From contig OZ024751.1 in assembly GCA_964016885.1 (NCBI GenBank), positions 1,612,001 through 1,676,000 of the forward strand: 64,000 bases of DNA, in the 5' to 3' direction. The stretch is from Eledone cirrhosa (lineage: Eukaryota). Shown piece after piece: positions 30,587 through 41,713 of the stretch (positions within the stretch are counted from its first letter, which is position 1; every line of letters begins with the position of its first letter). The translations under genes and the position numbers were made by a program. The notes beneath the pieces were generated by a model. The model was not told the DNA's origin. It saw only the letters and a list, made by a program, of their open reading frames with translations, and made no database searches.

Positions 30587-32173
30587 CCTTCACTCCTAAA
30601 CAAGGCTCTCTCATTTGCGTTAAAATACACGGACATCACTAGTGAAGAAATTAACATCATTCTCACCGCAAGGAAAACCATCTTGGAATTTAACAATGAA
30701 TATTGGACAAGAGCGGATACATCCAACAATTTCAACATCACCATGCGTTCGTCGGATTCAGCTCAACTGACCGACTTGGTTGGAATTTTCATCTTGAACT
30801 CTTTAAATCGGAAAATTCCTCAACTTCGCGGTGGAATTTATCGTGACGATGCTCTTTTTACTGTCTCTAATTGTAACAAAGTAAACTTTAATATTATTAA
30901 GAAAAATATACTTGATCTATTTAAGCATCTTAACTTAAAAAATTGAATTCGAGAATAATGATAAATTAGCAAATTTCTTTGATATATCCCTTAATCTTGA
31001 TACCGGCCTATATTACCCATATCATAAGGATAACGAGAACTTAAATTACGTTAACTTTAAATCTAACCACCCTAATAATGTTAAAATTGCTATAGTCAGA
31101 AGTGTGGAACAAAGAATTTCTAATTTATCCTCTAAGAAAGATATCTTCGAAGCTAACGCAAATGATTATAATAATGCGCTATCTAGGGCTGGATATCTAG
31201 ACAAAATTATGTATGCTAAGGAAACTAATCTTGGCAGAGCCTATAGTAACTCTAGTAATGTAGCTAGTAATAATCATACCACTAACAAAATGAGGAGACC
31301 TAGATATAAAAATATCCTTTGGTACAACGCTCCCTTCTCTCTTTCCGTTATTAATAATATCCCTAAATTATATTTTAGGGCTTTATATAACAACTTCCCT
31401 CCTTCACATATATATAGCAAGATATTCAATAAACATACTATTAAATGCTCATATTCCACTACTTCCAACATTTCTAAAATTATCTCATACAGAATTCTAA
31501 AATATTAAAGAATAACTCATATGCATCCAACCATGAGAGTCATAATAATAACACTATAAGGCCCGACGTCAATGTAAACTCTAGGCAAAATAACACAAAT
31601 ATAAATACGACGTCAAACGTAACTTTGAGGAATACATCAAATAGTAATGTAAATCTAGAAACTTTAGCACCTCCTTTAGTTAATTCCACCACTCCAGTAC
31701 CTAATATAATTAATCCTGGGCCACTTGCCAATAACACTGTAAATAATCTTAATCGTAAATGCAACTGCCCTATTAGAACTAATTGTCATCTTAGTAATTT
31801 CGTCTCGATAAAAACCTAGCATATGAATGTAAAGTGGTAACTAGTACCAATACCTATACCTACATTGGCTTTACTTCTACCTCTTTTAAAGCAAGATTCT
31901 ATAATCATTCTTCTTCATTTAAATATCCACTTAAAAGGACTAGCACCGCACTTTCAGAGCTTATTTGGTCCTTAAAAGACAACAACATTAATTACGAAAT
32001 TTCTACAACGCATCTCCATACGCCAATGCTTCCATATCTAGTGTTTGTAATTTATGTCTAGTTGAAAAATGTACCATTATCTTGAATTTCAATTCTATAA
32101 TAAATAGAAGAACAGATTTATTTGGTCTTTGTAATCATAAATCCTTCAAAACTTTTCACAAAGTATATAGATA
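30587..32173 (+). pseudogene. Frameshifted PLE RT and endonuclease
   Basis: PSLLNKALSFALKY..GGIYRDDALF; ILWYNAPFS; CNCPIRTNC; YIGFTSTSFKARFYNH; LSELIWSLK, split over ORFs 30545, 31104, 31625 and 31834. Confidence 0.9.
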
Positions 32174-32727
32174 ATGTCCTATAACATATTCCACGAATAA
32201 CGGTTAATTTTTTTTTCTACACATCTTTTTTTTACACATATTTCATTACATTCTACAATGTATTAATTCAGTTTTCTCAGCATATTTTAAACCTTTGACC
32301 TTTTTTTGATAGCCTTAAATTTTTGTTCAAACCTTCGTAGATTTTGTAAACAAACTATGACATCATATGTTTTTCTACGTTTATAAATCATTCTAGCAAT
32401 TTCCTTTACTTACTTGTTGATATTAAATAATAATTAAATAGTAGACTCCACATATATAGATTTTTAGCAGAAATTTTTAATTTTGACATAGATAGACTAT
32501 TTTTATTTTTATCTTTTATTGTATTTTATACAATAAATATAATACATTTTTACACTTCTTAATCCAATTTTTAGTATTTAAACCCAATATAAAATAATAT
32601 ACCCAGTTTCTATATTTTAGACCTCTAATATTTGAATACCATCTATATTATTCGCACATACACCTCATCAATTTACTTTTTAGCCGTTATTTACAGGTGT
32701 TTTCATTTTGACAGCGTTCATGATCAA

Positions 32728-32796
<69 letters not shown>

Positions 32797-33165
32797 TTCT
32801 TTTTTCCTTTTTTCCTCTCTTCTATTTCTTTTTCCTTTTTCTCCTTCTTTCCTTTTCTTCTATCTTATCTTTTTCTTACTCTTATATTTCTGTCATATGT
32901 AGACTGGACACTTTCTTGTTGATAAGTGTTTTTAGGCCTCATATCATGTTACCTTATTTTATCTGATGAGAACACAATATTTTTCCCAGGATGATGATGC
33001 TTTCAAAATGCGCATAATAAAATATATGGAACTTCTTTAACCATCTTTTAATTTCTTCTTTAATATATACTCCAGTTCTACCAACTGTTGAGTGCTATTT
33101 ATCTGATATATGCATAGTTTTATTGTTCTACAATATTACTCACCTTCTACATATATATATATATA

Positions 33166-34740
33166 GTAAAAAGTATGACCCCGACGGCAGAGCTCAAGCC
33201 GTTTTGACGGCTATTTCTGGACTAAATTAGAATTTTTAGCCTGGTGAGTAAATAGCCGAACTTGTCAAGGGGGTACTTCCTTATATGGGAAGATTGTAGT
33301 TGTCAAGAGGATTGGTTAAAATTTGTTGTAAATACAAATAAGTCTATCATGGCATTTGGTGGGAGGTAGGGGTGGCTGAACTTGCCTGTAGAACAATAGG
33401 GGAGTGAGTGGAGTGGTCAAGCGTTGAAAGTGATATGTATACAGCAGATTCTAAGGATAGTGTATGAAGTGGAGGAGGGAGGTTATAGAATAGGTAAATC
33501 GAATGAGAGTAGGAGACAATAAAAGATAATAGAAATAAATAAAAAATATATAAAATTAGATAGTGAGAAATGAATAAAAAAAATCACAATGCTATCTTAC
33601 AATTACAGGTTAATAAGTTGAGAATAGAAAAAACTTGTAGAAATTGAGTAGTAACAAAACTGATACAAAATTAAAGGGGTTTAACACATCTGCTATAAGT
33701 AGTTAGTAAAACGTATTCGGCCAATTCTATCTTAAAATTACAGGGGTGGGGAACTGATGCTACATCGGCCCGATGGGCTGCATCGGGGTAGGCGAAAGAG
33801 GAAAAGCAGACAAGGAAGAAAATAGGAGGTGGAAGGAAGTGATAGAATAAGACAGGGGGAAGAAGAAGACAAAGAGGAAAAGAGAAGAGATACATCTACC
33901 TAAGTAAGCTGGGGTTTCCCCTAACTTATTCGGCAAGTGTGGGGGGAGGGGGGTATCAACCCTTGTCTACCTACCCGGGCCGTTATGGGGTTTGAGAGCG
34001 AGGTAAGTCCTACGCAATCTGTTTGCATGCGGTTACCAGTTCGTTTTTCTTTGTTTAGGAGTTGGCCCTTCGAAAACAGCATTTGTAATGTTTCCTCCGA
34101 GCATAAGTTACAAGGACGGCGTCCTACCGTGTAAGAGTTAGCTCTGGACAGTAAGCTCCAAGTGAGATTGTAGGTTATATTATTATCTTGGAGGTCCCAG
34201 ATGTGGCCCGAAAGTGTAGTGGCATGTCGCCGGACCGGGTTTCGGAAAGTATGTCGGTGTTGGTAGAGCCGGGTCTTGAAGTCACACGCGGTTAATCCTA
34301 TATAAGCTTTGTGTGGAGGTGTCCGTCCTCACGTTGCACTGGTAGATCACGTTACGTTCTCGGCATTTGTTGTTGAGGGGGCACATAGATTTATCAGGGC
34401 AGTTACACCTCCTGGTCGGCTCTCCACTGATGTCTAGGTTATTTCTTCCATAGGGGTTGAGTTTTTTGTTGTCTGAGGAGACGATGTTTTGTGCGAAGTT
34501 AGGTGTGGTGCTGTAGGAGAGTTTGATGGTGTTTTTATTGATTATGTTGTGGTAGCGGTGTTGTAGTGGGAAGTCTTTTCGAGGAGTCTAAAGAAGATTT
34601 TCCCGATAGGTGTTGCCACCTCGGCATTATGGGGAAGATTGAACCACATTACGTTGCGTGTGCGGCGGTGTCGCCTGCTGGTTCCGCTAAGGGAAGCTGG
34701 ATAAAAGGATATCTCCTCCCGGAAGCCACTCCGCTTGAGG
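33166..34740 (-). mobile_element. Hydra-type PLE family A, 5'-truncated and frameshifted; decayed HHR at 33178-33274
   Basis: Minus strand reads RNVMWFNLP..IGKIFFRLL..NKNTIKLSYSTTPN..RCNCPDKSMCP/LNNKC..NVIYQC..YIGLTACDFKTRLYQH; 34750-34868 is an inverted copy of 33557-33672. Confidence 0.85.
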
Positions 34741-34882
34741 GCTTGGTTGTAATGATTTTGTATCAGTTTTGGTACTACTCAATTTCTACAAGTTTTTTCT
34801 ATTCTCAACTTATTAACCTGTAATTGTAAGATAGCATTGTGATTTTTTTATTCATTTCTCACTATCTATTCATTTCTCACTG

Positions 34883-35674
34883 CCACGGAGGCAGAGGGGG
34901 TATTTATATCGAGGCCGTAGAAGAGGTGGTGAAGAAGGCGAGAAGTATGAGTAATGGAAGCTTTCCAGCTGTCCCCACACTTCAAAGATTGCTCGACCAG
35001 AGGGAGTTATTAACAATATATTTAGAAACACACAGATACATGCGGACACACACATATATACATGAATGCATCCGCACCCAACTGTGAGTTAAGGGTGCCA
35101 ACTTCACCGATGTTGCTCAATGAATGACTGGGACAGACCAATTCAGTTGAACTAGACTGAACCAGTATCAGAGTTAAAAATACATTATGAAGAGAGAAGA
35201 AACATTTAGATATAATTAGTAATAAAATGTATCATACCTAAACTGCTCCTAAATTCCTCGACTACGTAGTTTCGTGGCATAAACAAAAACAATATATCAT
35301 AAAGATATAGAGTCCTTGCGAGGTCTGCCGACTTATCAAGAGGATACCTCATTTTACTAGTCTCAAGAACGCGTCTACACGACGTGAGAAAGAATCCCAA
35401 AAGGCGGAGGGGGAGATAGTCACGCGATATAACGGTCGAGAAACAGAGCTAAGCCTCTTATAACCCCGAAGAAAATACCACGGAGGCGGAGGGGGTATTT
35501 ATATCGAGGCCGTAGAAGAGGTGGTGAAGAAGGCGAGAAGTATGAGTAATGGAAGCTTTCCAGCTGTCCCCACACTTCAAAGATTGCTCGACCAGAGGGA
35601 GTTATTAACAATATATTTAGAAACACACAGATACATGCGGACACACACATATATACATGAATGCATCCGCACCC
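34883..35674 (-). mobile_element. Partial-tandem unit: 197-bp direct repeats (34883-35079, 35478-35674) enclosing one hammerhead
   Basis: Repeats differ at about one position. Confidence 0.85.
35255..35344 (-). ncRNA. Type I hammerhead, U3-A8 variant
   Basis: TCCTC-TTGATAA-GT(C)GGCA..TGCCAC-GAAA-CTACGTAG-TC-GAGGA. Confidence 0.8.
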
Positions 35675-35679
35675 CATAT

Positions 35680-35731
<52 letters not shown>

Positions 35732-35735
<4 letters not shown>

Positions 35736-35870
35736 AGAATCAGGACCCCGACGGCTGAGCTCCGGCTATTTAGACAGCTAGATTCGTTCGAACTAAGCCA
35801 GCAGTATTAGAACAACGGGAATCTAGCTGAACTCGTCAAGGGATACAGTCCATATATGGGCATGCAGTTA
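35732..35870 (-). mobile_element. Family A-like pLTR with decayed hammerhead
   Basis: CCC-TTGACGA-..CAGCTAGATTC/GAATCTAGCTG..-TAAA-..GAGCTCAGCCG-TC-GGGG. Confidence 0.65.
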
Positions 35871-36300
35871 AAACAAAATTAAAGCAGAAATATCAAAGCA
35901 AATAATCCCCAAAATTTGTTTTTTTTCTTGTCTGTCACGTGGAGTGGTCAATGATCTAAGATGTCATGTACATGGTTAAATTCCTTCATAGCGGCGGGGG
36001 GGGGGGGGGGGGGGCTGAACCGGCTTGAAGAACAACGGGAAGGGAGTAAGAGAACAGTCTGTCCTGTGGGTGTCAAGCCAGTCAGGCGGTAAGAGAGAAA
36101 TCTTTACAACTATCTTTCATTTTTAGAGTCGGTAACCTACAATCCAAAGTGGTAAGAATATAACTGTTTCTACTTTTGGCACAAGGCCAGCAGTAAGAAT
36201 ATAATTTCAGCATGTAAGAATCAAAGAAGGTAGTTAGAGAGTGTAGGTAAGTATACCAAATCTAACACTTTGCTACTTAGTTAATACTAATTTAGTTCCT

Positions 36301-36786
36301 AATAATTGTTTCTACTTTTGGCACAAGGCCAGCAATTATCCAGTACATTACTGGTACTTTGTTTTATCGACCCCGCAAGGATGAAAGGCAAAGTTAATCT
36401 CGACGGGATTTGAACTCAGACCGTAAATGGACGTAACTATGCTAGAAAGCATGGCGTCCAACCCTCTACCGATACTGCCAATTCTTCCTAATAATTGTTT
36501 CTACAATAGGCACAAGGCCAGGAATTATCCCAGTACATCACTGGTACTTTATTTTATCGACCCCCGTTAGGATGAAAGGCAAAGTTAACTTCTTCCTAAT
36601 AATTGTTTCTATTTTAGGCAAAAGGCCAGCAATTTCCTCAGTACATTACTTTATTTTATCGACCCCGTAAGGATGAAAGGCAAAGTTAACCTCGGCGGGA
36701 TTTGAACTCAGATCATAAAGGGACGTAACTCTATGCTTCAAAGCATGGTGTCCGACTCTCTCCCGATACTGCCAATGCACCGCCCT
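36301..36786 (-). mobile_element. Tandem cluster of tRNA-derived SINEs (full 36301-36482 and 36598-36786, truncated 36490-36590; tail fragment 36163-36194)
   Basis: Minus strand: A box TGGCAGTATCGG, B box GAGTTCAAATCC, core GCCTTTCATCCT..CGGGGTCGATAAAA..AAGTA, tail GGCCTTGTGCC..AGAAACAATTATT; resembles the Meta-domain SINEs of octopus (from memory). Confidence 0.85.
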
Positions 36787-37271
36787 TCTTCTTCCTAATA
36801 ATGAAATTTAGTTATCAATTACCCTAATGCACAGGAAGAGCACCTCAATACACTAATTTACTAGTATATTCTTTTCTAATGATACACCCCCAAAAAATCA
36901 ACCCTAGTCTAGCAAGGTGTCATAGCTATGTGTTCAGCTGGTTCCATGTATATTTGACAAGAGTGAAAATATTCCGGGTTAACCTAAAGAAGATTAAGAC
37001 TGTTTATAATAGTGTAGATATGCAAAGATCCATCTAAGTGTAATTAGAGTGTGTAACTAACGAAGAAAAAAATTCTAATTTACCGAAGTATGCATCACCA
37101 GTAACAACAACAACAAAAGCGACACAATCACTACCAACACCATCGACCTTGTTTCAGAAATCGATTTGAACTAAAGAATATGAAGATATTTGTTAACAGT
37201 CGGCGGTCGGTAGTGTGGTGGTGGTGGTGTAATGGGGATGGTGGTGGTGGTGGTGATGGTGATGGTTGTCA

Positions 37272-40200
37272 TCATTGTTGTGGTGATGTTGGCCGTGGTG
37301 TGGTTGGTTGTTGCTGTTGGTGGTGGTGGGTGGTGTTGTTGTTGTTGGCGGCGGAGGCGGTGTAGTTGCTATTGAACAGTGTTAGTGTTGGTGTTGTTGG
37401 TGTTGCTGTTGTTGGTGTTGTTGGTGTTACTGTTGTTGGTGTTAGTGTTGTTGGTGTTGGTGTTACTGTTGTTGGTGTTGGTGTTACTGTTGTGGGTGGT
37501 GTTGGTGTTACTGTTGTTGGTGTTGTTGTTGTTGGTGTTACTGTTGTTGTTGTTGGGGTTACTGCTGTTGGTGTTGTTGGTGTTACTGTTGTTGGTGTTA
37601 CTGTTGTTGGTGTTGTTGGTGTTACTGTTGTTGGTGTTGGTGTTACTGTTGTTGGTGTTGGTGTTACTGTTGTTGGTGTTGGTGTAACTGTTGTTGGTGT
37701 TGTTGGTGTTACTGTTGTTGGTGTTGTTGTTGTTGGTGTTACTGTTGTTGTTGTTGGGGTTACTGCTGTTGGTGTTGTTGGTGTTACTGTTGTTGGTGTT
37801 ACTGTTGTTGGTGTTGTTGGTGTTACTGTTGTTGGTGTTGTTGGGGTTACGGCTGTTGGTGTTGTTGGTGTTACTGTTGTTGGTGTTGTTAGTGTTACTG
37901 TTGTTGGTGTCGTTGGTGTTACTGTTGTTGGTGTTGTTGGTGTTACTGTTGTTGGTGTTGTTTGTGTTAACGTTGTTGGTGTTGTTAGTATTAATGTTGT
38001 TGGTGTCGTTGGTGTTACTGTTGTTGGTGTTGTTGGTGTTACTGTTGTTGGTGTTGTTTGTGTTACTGTTGTTGGTGTTGTTGGTGTTACTGTTGTTGGT
38101 GTTATTGGTGTTACTGTTGTTGGTGTTGTTAGTATTAATGTTGTTGGTGTCGTTGGTGTTACTGTTGTTGGTGTTACTGTTGTTGGTGTTGTTAGTATTA
38201 ACGTTGTTGGTGTCGTTGGTGTTACTGTTGTTGGTGTTGTTGGTGTTACTGTTGTTGGTGTTGTTAGTATTAATGTTGTTGGTGTCGTTGGTGTTACTGT
38301 TGTTGGTGTTGTATGTGTTACTGTTGTTGGTGTTGTTGGTGTTACTGTTGTTGGTGTTATTGGTGTTACTGTTGTTGGTGTTGTTAGTATTAATGTTGTT
38401 GGTGTCGTTGGTGTTACTGTTGTTGGTGTTACTGTTGTTGGTGTTGTTAATATTAATGTTGTTGGTGTCGTTGGTGTTACTGTTGTTGGTGTTGTTGGTG
38501 TTACTGTTGTTGGTGTTGTTAGTATTAATGTTGTTGGTGTCGTTGGTGTTACTGTTGTTGGTGTTGTTGGTGTTACTGTTGTTGGTGTTGTTTGTGTTAC
38601 TGTTGTTGGTGTTGTTGGTGTTACTGTTGTTGGTGTTATTGGTGTTACAGTTGTTGGTGTTGTTGGTGTTACTGTTGTTGGTGTTGTTGGTCTTACTGTT
38701 GTTGGTGTTGTTGGTGTTACTGTTGTTGGTGTTACTGTTGTTGGTGTTGTTGGTGTTACTGTTGTTGGTGTTGTTAGTGTTACTGTTGTTGGTGTTGTTG
38801 GTCTTACTGTTGTTGGTGTTGTTGGTGTTAATGTTGTTGGTGTTGTTGGTGTTACTGTTGTTGGTGTTGTTGGTGTTACTGTTGTTGGTGTTGTTGGTGT
38901 TACTGTTGTTGGTGTTGTTAGTGTTACTGTTGTTGGTGTTGTTGGTGTTACTGTTGTTGGTGTTGTTGGTGTTACTGTTGTTGATGATGTTGGTGTTACT
39001 GCTGTTGGTGTTGTTGGTTTTACTGTTGTTGGTGTTGTTGGTGGTACTGTTGTTGGTGTTGGTGGTGTTACTGTTGTTGGTGTTGTTGGTGTTACTGTTG
39101 TTGGTGTTGTTGGTGTTACTGTTGTTGGTGTTGTTAGTATTAATGTTGTTGGTGTCGTTGGTGTTACTGTTGTTGGTGTTGTTGGTGTTGCTGTTGTTGG
39201 TGTTGTTTGTGTTACTGTTGTTGGTGTTGTTGGTGTTACTGTTGTTGGTGTTGTTGGTGTTACTGTTGTTGGTGTTGTTTTTGTTGGTGTTGGTGGTGTT
39301 ACTATTGTTGGAGCTGTTGGTGTTACTGTTGTTGGTGTTGTTGGTGTTACTGTTGTTGGTGTTGTTCGTGTTAATGTTGTTGGTGTTGTTGGTGTTACTG
39401 TTGTTGGTGTTGTTAGTGTTACTGTTGTTGGTGTTGTTGGTGTTACTGTTGTCGGTGTAGTTGGTCTTACTGTTGTTGGTGATGTTGGTGTTACTGTTGT
39501 TGGTGTTGTTGGTTTTACTGTTGTTGGTGTTGTTGGTGTTACTGTTGTTGGTGTTGTTGGTGTTGTTTGTGTTACTGTTGTTGGTGTTGTTGGTGTTACT
39601 GTTGTTGGTGTTGTTGGTGTTACTGTTGTTGGTGTTGTTGGTGTTACTGTTGTTGGTGTTGTTAGTATTAATGTTGTTGGTGTCGTTGGTGTTACTGTTG
39701 TTGGTGTTGTTGGTGTTGCTGTTGTTGGTGTTGTTTGTGTTACTGTTGTTGGTGTTGTTGGTGTTACTGTTGTTGGTGTTGTTGGTGTTACTGTTGTTGG
39801 TGTTGTTTTTGTTGGTGTTGGTGGTGTTACTATTGTTGGAGTTGTTGGTGTTACTGTTGTTGGTGTTGTTGGTGTTACTGTTGTTGGTGTTGTTTTTGTT
39901 GGTGTTGGTGGTGTTACTGTTGTTGGAGTTGTTGGTGTTACTGTTGTTGGTGTTGTTGGTGTTACTGTTGTTGGTGTTGTTGGTGTTACTGTTGTTGGTG
40001 TTGTTGGTGTTACAGTTGTTGGTGTTGTTCGTGTTACTGTTGTTGGTGTTGTTGGGGTTACTGTTGTTGGTGTTGTTGGTGTTACTGTTGTTGGTGTTGG
40101 TGTTACTGTTGTTGGTGTGGGTGTTCTTACTGTTGTTGGTGTTGTTGCTGTTACTGTTGTTGGTGTTGTTGGTGTTACTGTTGTTGGTGTTGTTGGTGTT

Positions 40201-41713
40201 ACTGTTGTTGGTGTTGTTGGTGTTACTGTTGTTGGTGTTGGTGTTACTGTTGTTGGTGTTGGTGGTGTTACTGTTGTTGGTGTTGTTGGTGTTACTGTTG
40301 TAGGTGTTGTTGGTGTTACTGTTGTTGGTGTTGTTAGTGTTACTGTTGTTGGTGTTGTTGGTGCTACTGTTGTTGGTGTTGTTAGTGTTACTGTTGTTGG
40401 TGTTGTTGGTGTTACTGTTGTTGGTGTTGTTAGTGTTACTGTTGTTGGTGTTGTTGGTGTTACTGTTGTTGGTGTTGTTAGCGTTACTGTTGTTGGTGGT
40501 GTTAGTGTTACTGTTGTTGGTGTTGTTTTTGTTGGTGTTGGTGGTGTTGGTGTTACTGTTGTTGGTGTTGTTGGTGTTACGGCTGTTGGTGTTGTTGGTG
40601 TTACTGTTGTTGGTGTTGTTAGTGTTACTGTTGTTGGTGTTGTTGGTGTTACTGTTATTGGTGTTGTTAGTGTTACTGTTGTTGGTGTTGTTTGTGTTAC
40701 TGTTGTTGGTGTTGGTGGTGATACTGTTGTTGGTGTTGTTAGTGTTACTGTTGTTGGTGTTGGTGTTGGTGTTACTGTTGTTGGTGTTGTTGCTGTTACT
40801 GTTGTTGGTGTTGTTAGTGTTACTGTTGTTGGTGTTGTTGGAGTTACTGTTGTTGGTGTTGTTAGTATTACTGTTGTTGGTGTTGTTGGTGTTACTGTTG
40901 TTGGTGTTGGTCGTCTTACTGTTGTTGGTGTTGTTGGTGTTACTGTTGTTGGTGTTGTTTTTGTTGGTGTTGGTGGTGTTGGTGTTACTGTTGTTGGTGT
41001 TGGTGGTCTTACTGTTGTTGGTGTTGTTGGTGTTACTGTTGTTGGTGTTGTTGGTGTTACTGTTGTTCGTGTTGTTGGTGTTACTGTTGTTGGTGTTGTT
41101 GGTGTTACTGTTATTGGTGTTACTGTTGTTGGTGTTGTTGCTGTTACTGTTGTTGTTGTTGTTGGTGTTACTGTTGTTGGTGTTGTTAGTGTTACTGTTG
41201 TTGGTGTTGTTTGTGTTACTGTTGTTGGTGTTGGTGGTGATACTGTTGTTGGTGTTGTTAGTGTTACTGTTGTTGGTGTTGGTGTTGGTGTTACTGTTGT
41301 TGGTGTTGTTGCTGTTACTGTTGTTGGTGTTGTTAGTGTTACTGTTGTTGGTTTTGTTGGAGTTACTGTTGTTGGTGTTGTTAGTATTACTGTTGTTGGT
41401 GTTGTTGGTGTTACTGTTGTTGGTGTTGGTCGTCTTACTGTTGTTGGTGTTGTTGGTGTTACTGTTGTTGGTGTTGTTTTTGTTGGTGTTGGTGGTGTTG
41501 GTGTTACTGTTGTTGGTGTTGTTTGTGTTACGGCTGTTGGTGTTGTTGGTGTTACTGTTGTTGGTGTTGTTAGTGTTACTGTTGTTGGTGTTGTTGGAGT
41601 TACTGTTGTTGGTGTTGTTAGTATTACTGTTGTTGGTGTTGTTGGTGTTACCGTTGTTGGTGTTGGTGTTCTTACTGTTGTTGGTGTTGTTGGTATTACT
41701 GTTGTTGGTGTTG
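37272..41713 (-). CDS. Putative mucin-like Thr/Pro-rich domain (TPTTPTTV)n, about 1480 codons open and ending ..PTLTLFNSNYTASAANNNNTTHHHQQQQPTTPRPTSPQQ*; no start codon in this segment
   Basis: No stop seen in the ACA-CCA-ACA-ACA-GTA frame; many variants are synonymous there; first frameshift at about 41714; no unique mucin domain visible. Confidence 0.5.

Larger units (their letters stand above)
29940..33151 (+). mobile_element. Older Hydra-type PLE (family B-related), 5'-truncated, with an inverted 550-bp 3' end copy in front
   Basis: 29940-30480 is inverted relative to 32540-33065; tail 33066-33151; extra inverted RT piece at 30512-30580. Confidence 0.9.
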
